Assembly (NCBI GenBank): GCA_004298065.1
Contig: SCRL01000006.1
Location: forward strand, 28,975 to 92,974
Reading direction: 5' to 3'
Length of the DNA stretch: 64,000 bases
Origin: Gammaproteobacteria bacterium
Lineage (GTDB): Bacteria; Pseudomonadota; Gammaproteobacteria; Acidiferrobacterales; Sulfurifustaceae
Made by a program: the position numbers and the translations under genes. Each line of letters starts with the position of its first letter. Within the stretch, counting starts at the first letter, position 1. The notes beneath the pieces were generated by a model. It worked only from the letters and a program-made list of their open reading frames with translations, did no database searches and was not told where the DNA came from. This document shows, piece by piece, positions 9,385-18,796 of the stretch.

Positions 9385-9729
9385 ATGCGCCTGCCCCTGC
9401 TGTTGCTCGCCACGCTGTTGCCGCTCGCGGCCGTCGCCGCCGAACCGGCCAAGAAGGATCAACCTGCGGTGCCGGCGCCGCCGACGGTGCGCGACAACGG
9501 CGCCGCCATCGAATCGCCGGAAGGCGCGATCGAACCCGAGGTCACCATCACCACCCGCGGTGAGACCACGTACGAGGAGCACCGCGCCAACGGCCGACTG
9601 TACATGGTCAAGGTGATCCCGAAGCGGGGCAAGCCGTATTACCTGGTGTACGACGAGTTCGGACAGGCGCGGCGCACCGACCACCAGCCCTCCACCGTCG
9701 TGCCGCGGTGGGTCATTAAAACCTGGTAG
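9385..9729 (+). CDS. secreted DUF2782-like protein
   Basis: Signal peptide, then the core EEHRANGRLYMVKVIPKRGKPYYLV, which I recognise as DUF2782-like. Confidence 0.7.
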   Translation: MRLPLLLLATLLPLAAVAAEPAKKDQPAVPAPPTVRDNGAAIESPEGAIEPEVTITTRGETTYEEHRANGRLYMVKVIPKRGKPYYLVYDEFGQARRTDHQPSTVVPRWVIKTW

Positions 9730-9742
9730 CTGTCGAACCCCG

Positions 9743-10546
9743 ATGACCGCCGCCAAGCTGCCGGCGCGCGCGGCGCGTGAATGGATCACCTGCGGGCTCG
9801 AGCGCTTGCGTAGCGAACGCGAACGCTGGGGCGGTGCGGCGCTGGTGTATCTGCTGCTGGCGATGGCGCTGCACCGCGTGCCGTTTCTCGGCGACCTGCT
9901 GCTGATCCTGCTCACCCCGCCCCTGCTCGCCGGCCTGTTGCTCACGGCCCAACACGACAACGTCCCGCCGCCCGTGCCATTCGAGCGCACGCGCTGGCGC
10001 GAGCTCGCGCGCGTGCACCTGCTCGCGCCGCTGCGGGTCTATCTGCGCCTGTTCCGCAGCGAGGAGCGTGTGTTGCCGGTGCTGATGCTGAGCGTGCTCG
10101 CACTCGGCGGTTATGTCGCGCTCCAGATCATCGGCTACGTGTTCATCGGCGGCACGCCGGTGGGCGGCGTCGGCGCGGTCGCGGTCGCCGGCGGGCGCGC
10201 GGCGGCACTGCTCGTGCCGCTGCTGGCACTGGTGTACGGTCTGCTCGCGATCGCGCTCTACCACAGCGTGGCGCTGACGGTATTCGACGGCCGCACCCCG
10301 CCCGCGGCGCTCGCCGACAGCCTGCGCGCCTGCGCGCGCAATTGGCTGCCGCTGGTGCTGTTCGCGCTCGTGTTCCTCGCCGCCTGGGCCGTGGTCGCCG
10401 GCGGCTTCGTCGTTTCACGCTGGCTCGGTTATCCGTTGCTGCTCGCGCTGGGTACCGCGGTATTGGCGCTGTTCCTGCCGGCCGTGCATTGCTGCTTCGA
10501 GAGTCTCCACCACGACACGCGGGCCGACATCGCCGACCTCGTTTAG
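9743..10546 (+). CDS. integral membrane protein, function unknown
   Basis: Multiple hydrophobic helices. No family recognised. Confidence 0.65.
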   Translation: MTAAKLPARAAREWITCGLERLRSERERWGGAALVYLLLAMALHRVPFLGDLLLILLTPPLLAGLLLTAQHDNVPPPVPFERTRWRELARVHLLAPLRVYLRLFRSEERVLPVLMLSVLALGGYVALQIIGYVFIGGTPVGGVGAVAVAGGRAAALLVPLLALVYGLLAIALYHSVALTVFDGRTPPAALADSLRACARNWLPLVLFALVFLAAWAVVAGGFVVSRWLGYPLLLALGTAVLALFLPAVHCCFESLHHDTRADIADLV

Positions 10547-10576
10547 CAGAGTCCGACGCACAGGAGGACCGCATTT

Positions 10577-11518
10577 ATGGACGTGCGGGTTTACTACGGC
10601 GCCTCTCTTGCTTCCTACGGTTTCGGGAACAACCACCCCTTCGGCCCCGACCGGCTCGACGCCTTCTGGCGCGAATTCACCCGCCGCGGTCTCGACCGGC
10701 GCTGCGATATCGCCGCGCCGGCAACCTGCACCGATGATGACCTCGCGCGTTTCCACACCCGCGACTACCTCGCGCGCGTCAAACGCCAATCGCAGACCGG
10801 CGAGGGCTATCTCGATTATGGAGATACGCCCGCCTTCCCGGGCGTGTACCAGGCGGCCAGCACTGTCGTCGGTTCGGTGCTCGATGCGCTGCGTGCGATT
10901 CTCGGCGGCGAATGTACGCGTGCGTTTGTGCCGATCGCCGGGTTGCACCACGCACGCCGCGACAGCGCCGCGGGTTTCTGCGTGTTCAACGACCAGGGCG
11001 TGGCCATCGAGACGCTGCGCGCGGTGCACGGTATCCAGCGCATCGCTTATGTCGATATCGACGCGCACCACGGCGATGGCGTGTTCTACGCCTTCGAGGA
11101 CGATCCCAATCTGATTTACGCCGACATCCACGAGGACGGGCGTTATCTCTACCCCGGCACGGGTAGCGCTTCTGAAACCGGCCGCGGCAAGGCAGCCGGC
11201 ACCAAGCTGAATATCCCGCTGTCGCCCGAATCCGGAGACAAGGCATTTTTCGCCGCCTGGGAGCGGGTTGAAGCCTTCGTACGGGAGGCCCGACCCGAAT
11301 TCATCCTGCTGCAGGCCGGGGCCGATTCGCTCGACGGCGACCCGATCACCCACCTGCGCTACACACCCGCGGCCCATACCCACGCCGCGCGCCGGCTGCG
11401 CGTACTCGCCGATGAACTATGCCAAGGGCGCCTGCTCGCCACCGGCGGCGGCGGTTACAACCGCGCCAACTTGGCCTCCGCCTGGTGCGCCGTGGTCGAG
11501 GGGCTGCTCGACGCGTGA
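10577..11518 (+). CDS. histone deacetylase-family protein (acetoin utilisation / acetylpolyamine amidohydrolase-like)
   Basis: GFCVFND, DIDAHHGDG and GGGGY motifs of class I/II HDAC-like enzymes. Confidence 0.9.
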   Translation: MDVRVYYGASLASYGFGNNHPFGPDRLDAFWREFTRRGLDRRCDIAAPATCTDDDLARFHTRDYLARVKRQSQTGEGYLDYGDTPAFPGVYQAASTVVGSVLDALRAILGGECTRAFVPIAGLHHARRDSAAGFCVFNDQGVAIETLRAVHGIQRIAYVDIDAHHGDGVFYAFEDDPNLIYADIHEDGRYLYPGTGSASETGRGKAAGTKLNIPLSPESGDKAFFAAWERVEAFVREARPEFILLQAGADSLDGDPITHLRYTPAAHTHAARRLRVLADELCQGRLLATGGGGYNRANLASAWCAVVEGLLDA

Positions 11519-11544
11519 CGCAGCGTCACAGACAATAGGCGGCC

Positions 11545-12084
11545 ATGAAGCCTTGGCTCGGCCTCGCCCGCGCGATCGATCGCATCAACGAAACCGTCGG
11601 CCGCGCCGTGCTCTGGCTCGTGCTCGCGGCCACGCTCATCTCCGCCGCCAACGCGCTGGCGCGCTACGGCCTCAACCTTTCCTCGAACGCCTGGCTCGAA
11701 ATCCAGTGGTACCTGTTCGGCGCGATCTTTCTCCTCGCCGCCGGCTACACCCTCAAGCACAACGGCCACGTGCGCATCGACGTGCTCTACGGCCGCCGCA
11801 CGCCGCGCGCGCAGGCATGGATCGACCTCATCGGTACCATCGTCGCGCTGCTCCCGCTGTGCGGCCTCATGGTCTGGCTGTCGTGGCCGGGGTTCGTCGA
11901 GTCGTGGCGCAGCGGCGAAATATCGCCTGACGCCGGCGGGCTGATCCGCTGGCCGGTGCGGCTGCTGATTCCGCTCGGCTTCGCCCTGCTCGGGCTGCAA
12001 GGCATCGCCGAGGCCATCAAGCGCATTGCCGTGCTGCGCGGTGCGCTCAGGCTCAAGCCGGAACAGCCGGTGGTGGAGGAGTAA
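11545..12084 (+). CDS. dctQ: TRAP transporter small permease
   Basis: 179 aa, four-helix membrane protein, immediately followed (adjacent codons) by the large permease gene. Confidence 0.85.
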   Translation: MKPWLGLARAIDRINETVGRAVLWLVLAATLISAANALARYGLNLSSNAWLEIQWYLFGAIFLLAAGYTLKHNGHVRIDVLYGRRTPRAQAWIDLIGTIVALLPLCGLMVWLSWPGFVESWRSGEISPDAGGLIRWPVRLLIPLGFALLGLQGIAEAIKRIAVLRGALRLKPEQPVVEE

Positions 12085-13482
12085 ATGAGCTTCGAGCTGA
12101 TGGCGCCGCTCATGTTCGCCGGGCTCGTGGTGCTGCTGCTCTCGGGCTATCCGGTGGCGTTCGCGCTCGCGGCGAATGGATTGCTGTTCGCCTTCCTCGG
12201 TATCCAGGCCGGGTTTTTCGATGCGAGCCTGATGCAGGCGCTGCCCGAGCGCGTGTACGGCATTCTTTCCAACCAGACGCTGCTCGCGATTCCGTTCTTC
12301 ACCTTCATGGGCCTGGTGCTGGAACGCAGCGGCATGGCCGAGGACCTGCTCGACACCATCGGCCGGCTGTTCGGGCGCGTGCGCGGCGGGCTGGCCTACG
12401 CGGTCGTATTCGTCGGCGCCCTGCTCGCCGCCACCACCGGCGTCATGGCCGCCTCGGTGATCGCCATGGGGCTTATTTCGCTTCCCATCATGCTGCGCTA
12501 CGGCTACGACAAGCGCCTGGCCGCGGGCGTAATCGCCGCCTCGGGCACGCTCGCCCAGATCATCCCGCCCTCGATCGTGCTGATCGTGCTCGCCGACCAG
12601 CTCGGCGCCTCGGTCGGTGACATGTACGCCGGCGCGGTCGTTCCCGGCTTGGTGCTTGCCGGGCTGTACATGGCCTACGTGCTGAGCGTGACGCTGACGA
12701 AACCCCAGGCCGCCCCGGCGCTACCGGTCAGTGCGCGCGCGGAATCACCCGGGCGGCTGGCGCGGCGCGTGGTGGTTACGCTCGTGCCGCCGCTGGTGCT
12801 GATCTTTCTGGTGCTCGGCACGATCTTTCTCGGCGTGGCCACGCCGACCGAAGGCGGCGCACTCGGCGCCGTGGGCGCGCTGGTGCTCGCGGCCCTGCAC
12901 CGGCGGCTGAAACCAGACATGCTCAAGCAGGCGCTCGACTCCACCGCCAAGCTCACCAGCTTCGTCATCTTTATCCTCATCGGCTCGACGGTGTTTTCGC
13001 TCGTGTTCCGCGGCGTGGACGGCGACCGCTGGATCGAAGGGCTGCTCACGGCGCTGCCGGGCGGCGAGCTCGGCTTCCTCGTGGCCGTCAACCTGATTGT
13101 GTTCCTGCTCGCGTTCTTTCTCGACTTCTTCGAGATCGCGTTCATCATCGTGCCGCTGTTGGCGCCGGTGGCGCTGAAACTCGGCATCGACCCGATCTGG
13201 TTCGGCGTGCTGCTCGGCGTGAACATGCAGACCTCATTCATGCACCCGCCGTTCGGCTTCGCGCTCTTCTACCTGCGCAGCGTCGCACCGAAGGAAATCA
13301 AAACCTCAGATATCTATTGGGGTGCGGTGCCGTTCGTGGTGATTCAGGTCGCGATGGTGGTGCTGGTGCTGGCATTCCCGCAGCTCGTGGGGCATGCGCC
13401 CATCGCCGCCGCGACTGACATCATCGAGGCGCCGGTCGAGGGTGACGCGGGGGGAAGTTTCCTGCCGCCGGAGTGGAAATGA
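12085..13482 (+). CDS. dctM: TRAP transporter large permease
   Basis: 465 aa polytopic membrane protein with DctM-type organisation. Confidence 0.9.
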   Translation: MSFELMAPLMFAGLVVLLLSGYPVAFALAANGLLFAFLGIQAGFFDASLMQALPERVYGILSNQTLLAIPFFTFMGLVLERSGMAEDLLDTIGRLFGRVRGGLAYAVVFVGALLAATTGVMAASVIAMGLISLPIMLRYGYDKRLAAGVIAASGTLAQIIPPSIVLIVLADQLGASVGDMYAGAVVPGLVLAGLYMAYVLSVTLTKPQAAPALPVSARAESPGRLARRVVVTLVPPLVLIFLVLGTIFLGVATPTEGGALGAVGALVLAALHRRLKPDMLKQALDSTAKLTSFVIFILIGSTVFSLVFRGVDGDRWIEGLLTALPGGELGFLVAVNLIVFLLAFFLDFFEIAFIIVPLLAPVALKLGIDPIWFGVLLGVNMQTSFMHPPFGFALFYLRSVAPKEIKTSDIYWGAVPFVVIQVAMVVLVLAFPQLVGHAPIAAATDIIEAPVEGDAGGSFLPPEWK

Positions 13483-13512
13483 AGGCTATAACGCACACCA
13501 TTTTTACGGCTT

Positions 13513-13544
13513 GACTGAGAGTTTGAGAATGTTGACTATGAGTA
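13513..13544 (+). promoter_or_regulatory. candidate C-protein operator (C-box half-sites) upstream of the methyltransferase gene
   Basis: GACTgagAGTT (13513-13523) and GACTatgAGTA (13534-13544). The second is identical to a half-site in front of the C gene. Confidence 0.5.
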
Positions 13545-13583
13545 GCGTCAAACTTAGATCATAAACTGGTTAAGACCGTCTGA

Positions 13584-15329
13584 ATGAACACCGCGCCCGG
13601 GCTTGCTTATTCTAATCGCTATGCTTCAGCTGCTGATCAGAAGATTAGCGGCGAAACCTACACGCCTGAACTCCTCGCCAATTTTGTTGCCCGTCAAATC
13701 GCCCAAGCCGTACATCTTGAGTCACACACAGGCGTACTCCGTGTTTTGGACCCGGCTGTAGGAAGCGGTGAACTCCTAGTAAGTCTGCTTTCAGAGTTAA
13801 AGCAAAGGTTCAAACTCAAAGTCGAAGTTTATGGCTTTGAGACCAACCCCCAAGCACTGACTAATGCGGTTGTACGGCTTGAGAGGGGCTTTCCGGATGT
13901 CCCTGTACACCTTGAACAGCGCAATTTCCTGGAGTTTGTACTGGAGTGTTTTGGAGATGTACGCAATGGCGATCTATTCCATTCAAAGACAGTCGAGCCT
14001 TTCGACCTAATTATTGCCAACCCACCTTACGTTAGGACCCAGATAATAGGGGCAGATCAGGCACAGCGCTTGGCTAGTCAGTTTGGCCTTGTCGGTCGCG
14101 TAGATCTGTACCACGCGTTCCTTGTTGGCCTGTCTCAAATTCTCAAGCCGTCTGGCGTTGCGGGCATCATAGTTTCCAACAGGTTCATGACTACCAAATC
14201 TGGGGCGGTAGTTCGCTCAACAATTCGTGAGCGTTTTAACCTTCGCCAAGTATGGGACTTGGGAGACACCAAGCTTTTCGATGCAGCAGTTCTGCCGGCT
14301 GTTCTTCTCGTCGAGGGGCGTAACGGTAACGCTGTCGATCCACCTGGATTTATCTCTATCTACGAAACTGATGAAACAGCTAAGTCCAAGGCAGCCGATC
14401 CTATTGATGCTCTGGAACATGAGGGGGTAGTCGAGGTTCCTGACGGTCGCCGTTATCTTGTTCGACACGGCAAACTCAATGTCACGAGCACTACCGATGC
14501 GGTGTGGCGGATCGTCACCGATGACAGCGATGCTTGGCTTGCAACCGTCGAAGCCCACACATGGGGTACGTTCCGCGATATCGGAAAAATTCGCGTTGGC
14601 GTGAAAACGTGTGCCGATAAAGTTTTTATCCGGTCGGATTGGGAAGATTTGCCTACCGATGTTCAGCCAGAACTGCTGTGCTCACTGACTACTCACCACA
14701 TTGCTCGACGCTTCAAGGCACAGGAAAGCAAAAAGACTCGCCGTATTCTCTATCCTCACGAAGTTGAGAATGGCAACCGGCGTGTCGTGGACTTGAACCG
14801 TTACCCGCACACACGTGCTTACTTAGAGCAGCATCGCCCAACTCTTGAAGGGCGCAAGTATGTTATCGAAGCCGGTCGGAAATGGTACGAATTATGGGTT
14901 CCTCAGGATCCAGCGGCATGGGATGTCCCGAAATTGGTTTTCCGTGACATCTCGGACGAGCCGGTGTTTTGGATCGACTATGCAGGAACCGTAGTTAACG
15001 GGGACTGCTACTGGCTCATCACTGAAGAACCGGACTCTGAGGATTTGCTTTGGCTGGCGGTTGCCGTCGGTAACTCCACGTTCATCGAAGCGTTCTACGA
15101 TCACCGTTTTCACAATAAGTTGTATGCAGGGCGCCGGCGTTTCATAACCCAATACGTTGAGCAATTTCCATTGCCTGATCCAGAGAGCAACATCGGCCAT
15201 CGGATCATCGCTATGGCAAGGGCTGCCTACGATGCGGTTGGCAAAGCTGGGTTTGAAAAACTTGCCGATGAACTAGATAGTTTGGTCTGGGAAGCCTTTG
15301 GCTTACCGGTCGAAAAAATCGGCAGGTAG
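13584..15329 (+). CDS. type II N6-adenine DNA methyltransferase (gamma class, Eco57I/TaqI-like)
   Basis: Motif I VLDPAVGSGELL precedes motif IV IIANPPYV. The gene is AT-richer than its flanks and converges on, and overlaps, the endonuclease gene. Confidence 0.9.
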   Translation: MNTAPGLAYSNRYASAADQKISGETYTPELLANFVARQIAQAVHLESHTGVLRVLDPAVGSGELLVSLLSELKQRFKLKVEVYGFETNPQALTNAVVRLERGFPDVPVHLEQRNFLEFVLECFGDVRNGDLFHSKTVEPFDLIIANPPYVRTQIIGADQAQRLASQFGLVGRVDLYHAFLVGLSQILKPSGVAGIIVSNRFMTTKSGAVVRSTIRERFNLRQVWDLGDTKLFDAAVLPAVLLVEGRNGNAVDPPGFISIYETDETAKSKAADPIDALEHEGVVEVPDGRRYLVRHGKLNVTSTTDAVWRIVTDDSDAWLATVEAHTWGTFRDIGKIRVGVKTCADKVFIRSDWEDLPTDVQPELLCSLTTHHIARRFKAQESKKTRRILYPHEVENGNRRVVDLNRYPHTRAYLEQHRPTLEGRKYVIEAGRKWYELWVPQDPAAWDVPKLVFRDISDEPVFWIDYAGTVVNGDCYWLITEEPDSEDLLWLAVAVGNSTFIEAFYDHRFHNKLYAGRRRFITQYVEQFPLPDPESNIGHRIIAMARAAYDAVGKAGFEKLADELDSLVWEAFGLPVEKIGR

Positions 15330-16355
15330 TGGTATCTGGAGCTTCTTGTTAAGCACTTTGCCACGAAACTGCGGAAACCGGCTAAAAAATGCTTCGCCGG
15401 TAGTCAGGAAGAAATGTGTTAGGACCACGCGGTTTCCATCTATGCGCCCACAGAAAACCGCGTAACGCACGTCGCAGTGTCGAATCGGCTGCCGTCCGAT
15501 CTTCGGAACGTCAAGAGACTCGACGCTATCCGGTCGGACTAAACCAAGGTCGATGGTCGGAGAAGTCTGCAACTTTACCTCAAGCAGCTGATGACGTACG
15601 TCAGGGAATCGTCCGTCGTCCTGGTAGCTTCCGTAACCCAGAGCCTTACAAACCAGTCGGTGCAATGCCGCGCCTCGATTGCGCTCTTGGTCGTGGCCGG
15701 TGTCCCTGAAACTCGTTCCCACCAAACGGCTTAAACGCTTGAACAGTATCGTTATGGGGAGTAACTGACCTTCGCGAGGATGGTCGACTGGCGTAGCCGC
15801 GCTTTTTAGGTTAACCCTCCCAGATATCGACCGCCGCAACCGGGTGGTATCTTCGACAGCAATCAGTTCCGTCCGCTGTCCGCCAAGTACGCAACGCGCC
15901 TGATATTTCTGTGTGAGTGTCCCCGTAGTATCGAGTGAAGCCAGAGTGTCGCCGGTTACAACTTTCACTCTGGTGACAACGTCTTTTGCCGAGACGCGGA
16001 TCAGCACGTAACGTCGTGTCGGAGCAAGTTCTTGGTTCCAAACTTGGAGATTGTTGGCTTTCTGAACGTAAGTATCGAAAAACTGGCCCGGAAATCGAGG
16101 TTGTGTCCTTCGGAACGAAACCGGTACGGGATAACCAAGTGCGTGGCAAACGTGCGTCTTCACCACTTTCGAACGGGTCCGCAATGGCAGACCGGCCAAT
16201 GAGATACCTCGCAAGGCCTTGTTGAGAAGGGTTTCGAGTTCAGGCGTCGGAATCCACAAAACCGGATCACCGATCTCGATGGGATCGTAAACACTCAACC
16301 CACTTGATTTGATTGCTCTGACATAGCGCTGTGGATCATTCTTTTTGGCCACCAT
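15303..16355 (-). CDS. type II restriction endonuclease (PD-(D/E)xK-like)
   Basis: It is co-transcribed after a C-protein gene with a 20-nt overlap and converges on the methyltransferase gene with a 27-nt tail overlap. It has a candidate catalytic stretch FPDVRHQLLEVKLQ. Confidence 0.7.
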   Translation of the reverse strand: MVAKKNDPQRYVRAIKSSGLSVYDPIEIGDPVLWIPTPELETLLNKALRGISLAGLPLRTRSKVVKTHVCHALGYPVPVSFRRTQPRFPGQFFDTYVQKANNLQVWNQELAPTRRYVLIRVSAKDVVTRVKVVTGDTLASLDTTGTLTQKYQARCVLGGQRTELIAVEDTTRLRRSISGRVNLKSAATPVDHPREGQLLPITILFKRLSRLVGTSFRDTGHDQERNRGAALHRLVCKALGYGSYQDDGRFPDVRHQLLEVKLQTSPTIDLGLVRPDSVESLDVPKIGRQPIRHCDVRYAVFCGRIDGNRVVLTHFFLTTGEAFFSRFPQFRGKVLNKKLQIPLPADFFDR

Positions 16356-16620
16356 GAGGGACGCCGTCCTTTGTTAGGAGCTGTGGGACGGTTATCCCCA
16401 ATGCTGTCGCGAGCATCTCCAGCGTGCTCAATGTGACATTTCTTTCCCCCCTTTCAACCGCACCGATGTATGTCCGGTGCAAACTACAAATGTCGGCCAG
16501 GGCTTCTTGGGAAAGATGCTTGGCTTCGCGGAATTTCCGCAAATTATCGGCCAGGATTCGTGTAATCCCCTTACTTGGTTTTCGTAATGGTTTTGGGCGC
16601 ACGTGACCGTTTGAACACAA
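16336..16620 (-). CDS. restriction-modification controller (C) protein, XRE-type HTH
   Basis: LRKFREAKHLSQEALADICSLHRTYIGAVERGERNVTLSTLEMLATAL is a typical C-protein HTH. The listed start is a non-ATG codon, and an alternative GTG lies at 16602. Confidence 0.85.
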   Translation of the reverse strand: MCSNGHVRPKPLRKPSKGITRILADNLRKFREAKHLSQEALADICSLHRTYIGAVERGERNVTLSTLEMLATALGITVPQLLTKDGVPHGGQKE

Positions 16621-16652
16621 CCGTCCTGTATTTGAATTTTTCGGACAGTGAT

Positions 16653-16678
16653 GTCTTTGAGTCTACAGACTATGAGTA
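16653..16678 (-). promoter_or_regulatory. C-box operator upstream of the C-R operon
   Basis: GTCTttgAGTC-TACA-GACTatgAGTA. Two GACT-N3-AGTC-like palindromes are separated by 4 nt, the classic C-box layout, 30-50 nt upstream of the C gene. Confidence 0.6.
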
Positions 16679-16744
16679 GCGTGCTGACTAGAGGGAAGGG
16701 TCAGAAGAGTACTTCTTGCAGCAGGAGCGATGCTAAGCCCCGGT

Positions 16745-17815
16745 TTATTTTACGTAATACAGAAAATTCGCGTACGCCGCCTCGGCGACCTTGAGCCACT
16801 GGTTGCTGGCATCGGCGTATTTCTTCCAGTCGGTGTAAAGGCGCTTGAAGGCCGGATTCTTGCGCGCCTCGGCGTCGTACATCTCGAAGGCAATCTTGCG
16901 CGCGGCAAGCATCATGTCCTTGGGGAAGGCGTGCAGTTTCACGCCGGCCTTGAGCAGCCGTTGCAGCGCCGGCGGGTTTTTCATGTCGTACTCGGCCAGC
17001 ATGCGCTGGTTGGCCTCGGCGCAGGCGACCTCGAACGCCGCCTGGTACGGCGGCGGCAGCTCGCGCCACTTCTTCAGGTTCACGTAGAACGAAATCTGCG
17101 GCCCGCCCTCCCACCAGCCGGGGTAGTAATAGTGCTTGGCAACCTTGTGGAAGCCGAGCTTCTCGTCGTCGTACGGCCCGACCCACTCCGTGGCATCGAG
17201 CGCGCCGCGTTCGAGCGCGGGATAGATGTCGCCGCCCGCTAGCGTCTGCGGCACCACACCGAGCTTGGCCATGATCTGCCCGCCGAGGCCGGGAATGCGC
17301 ATCTTGAGGCCCTTCAGGTCGGCGAGCGATTTGATCTCGTGGCGGAACCAGCCGCCCATCTGCACCCCGGTGTTACCGCCGGGGAAGGAAACCAACCCGT
17401 GGTCCCGGAAAAACTCGCGCATCAGCTCGCGCCCACCGCCGGCGTGCATCCACGCGATCTGCTGGCGCGAGGTGAGCCCGAACGGCAGCGCGGTGTCGAA
17501 CGCGAACGCCATGTTCTTGCCGACGTAGTAGTAGCCCGCCGACTGGCCGCACTCGACGGTGGCGTTCTGCACCGCATCGAGCACCTGCAGCCCTGGGACG
17601 ATTTCGCCGCCGGCGAACACGCGGATCTGGAACTTGCCGGACGTGAGTTGCTGGATGCGCGCCGCGATCGCTTCGGCCGCGCCGTAGATGGTGTCGAGAC
17701 TCTTGGGAAAGCTTGAGGCCAGGCGCCAGCGGATTGTGGGCAGATCGGCAGCGAGGGCCGGCGACAGCGGCGCAGCCAGCAGGCCGGCGCCCTTGAGGAG
17801 GTCGCGTCGTTTCAT
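16745..17815 (-). CDS. dctP: TRAP transporter substrate-binding protein (Tat-exported)
   Basis: The true start is MKRRDLLKGAGLLAAPLSPALAA (twin-arginine signal) at 17815. The 570-aa ORF in the track is an Arg-rich over-extension. Confidence 0.88.
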   Translation of the reverse strand: MKRRDLLKGAGLLAAPLSPALAADLPTIRWRLASSFPKSLDTIYGAAEAIAARIQQLTSGKFQIRVFAGGEIVPGLQVLDAVQNATVECGQSAGYYYVGKNMAFAFDTALPFGLTSRQQIAWMHAGGGRELMREFFRDHGLVSFPGGNTGVQMGGWFRHEIKSLADLKGLKMRIPGLGGQIMAKLGVVPQTLAGGDIYPALERGALDATEWVGPYDDEKLGFHKVAKHYYYPGWWEGGPQISFYVNLKKWRELPPPYQAAFEVACAEANQRMLAEYDMKNPPALQRLLKAGVKLHAFPKDMMLAARKIAFEMYDAEARKNPAFKRLYTDWKKYADASNQWLKVAEAAYANFLYYVK

Positions 17816-17880
17816 GTCGAAAGGGCCGGCGGCATAGGCGGGAGCGATTCTAGCCCCAACCGGAACCGGACTGAAGCGAC

Positions 17881-18705
17881 TTAAGCGGTCTTGCGCGCAA
17901 CGACGAGGTTGCGCCCGCCGTGCTTGGCGGCGTGCAGCGCCTTGTCCACGCGCGCGAGCAGCTGCTCCAGGTCCTCGCCCTTGCGGAACTGGGTCAGGCC
18001 CACGCTGACGGTGAGCCGGAGCTTGGTGCCCTTGTCGGACGCGAACTCCCAGCGGTGGACGCCGGCGCGCAGGCGCTCGGCGATCTTGCGCCCGCCGACC
18101 AGGGTGGTGTGCGGCAGGATGATGAGAAACTCCTCGCCGCCGTAGCGCCCGACCTTGTCCGGCATGCGCAGCGCGTCCGACAGGATGCCGGCGAGCTCGG
18201 TGAGTATCTGGTCGCCGACTTTGTGGCCGTGGGTGTCGTTGATCGGTTTGAAGTGGTCGAGGTCGGCCATGGCCACGCACAACGGCGCGTTGTAGCGCTC
18301 CGACTGCGCCATGGCGTCGAGCAGCGCCACGGTGATGCCGCGGCGGTTCATCATGCGCGTGAGTGGATCGGTGATCGCCAGCCGCCCGAGGTTCTCCGCC
18401 CGGCTGGCCGCGAGGCGCTTCTCGTACTCGCGCCGCACCGGGATCAGCACCAGCCAATAGATCGGCGGCGCCACGATGACAGCGAGCAGCGCGGCATCGA
18501 GCAACATTGCGTCGATATCGCCGGCGGGATAGCCAAGCAACGCGAACACGCCCGTGGTCACGAACTCGGCCGCGAACACGATGGCGACGATGGCCGCCAT
18601 GGTCCGGGCAGCGGCTGCGGTTTCGTTGCGGATAGTCGACGGCATCAGCGGTGTATGAATTTCAGGAATGGCGCCGGCCCCCCACTTGCCCGGTACCCCC
18701 GTCAT
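17881..18705 (-). CDS. membrane-anchored GGDEF diguanylate cyclase
   Basis: Two transmembrane helices, then a GGDEF domain (RYGGEEFLIIL). An alternative start at Met 18645 is possible. Confidence 0.88.
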   Translation of the reverse strand: MTGVPGKWGAGAIPEIHTPLMPSTIRNETAAAARTMAAIVAIVFAAEFVTTGVFALLGYPAGDIDAMLLDAALLAVIVAPPIYWLVLIPVRREYEKRLAASRAENLGRLAITDPLTRMMNRRGITVALLDAMAQSERYNAPLCVAMADLDHFKPINDTHGHKVGDQILTELAGILSDALRMPDKVGRYGGEEFLIILPHTTLVGGRKIAERLRAGVHRWEFASDKGTKLRLTVSVGLTQFRKGEDLEQLLARVDKALHAAKHGGRNLVVARKTA

Positions 18706-18708
18706 CCT

Positions 18709-18739
18709 GGTCTATGGTCTCCTTGCCAGACTATAGACC
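18709..18739. repeat. 12-bp inverted repeat (hairpin or operator) between uvrD and the GGDEF gene
   Basis: GGTCTATGGTCT - 7 nt - AGACTATAGACC, with one mismatch. There is no U-tract, so a terminator role is uncertain. Confidence 0.5.
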
Positions 18740-18796
18740 ATGTCGGCGTTGCTGCCGGCGGAGATGCCACCGGTGGACCGAATATTCCCCCGGCGC

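Noticed and set aside
13534-16682. 15-nt direct repeat GACTATGAGTAGCGT flanking the R-M cassette, first read as a target-site duplication or att repeat
   Set aside because: Each copy sits just upstream of a promoter-proximal gene start (M, and C-R) and has the GACT-N3-AGT(C/A) form of C-protein operators. A regulatory repeat is the simpler explanation, although a role in cassette mobility cannot be excluded.
16745-18457. 570-aa ORF covering the TRAP binding-protein gene and running antisense through the GGDEF gene
   Set aside because: The N-terminal 214 residues are Arg/Pro/Gly-rich shadow sequence opposite a real gene. A twin-arginine signal peptide begins at the internal Met (17815), which gives a normal-length DctP.
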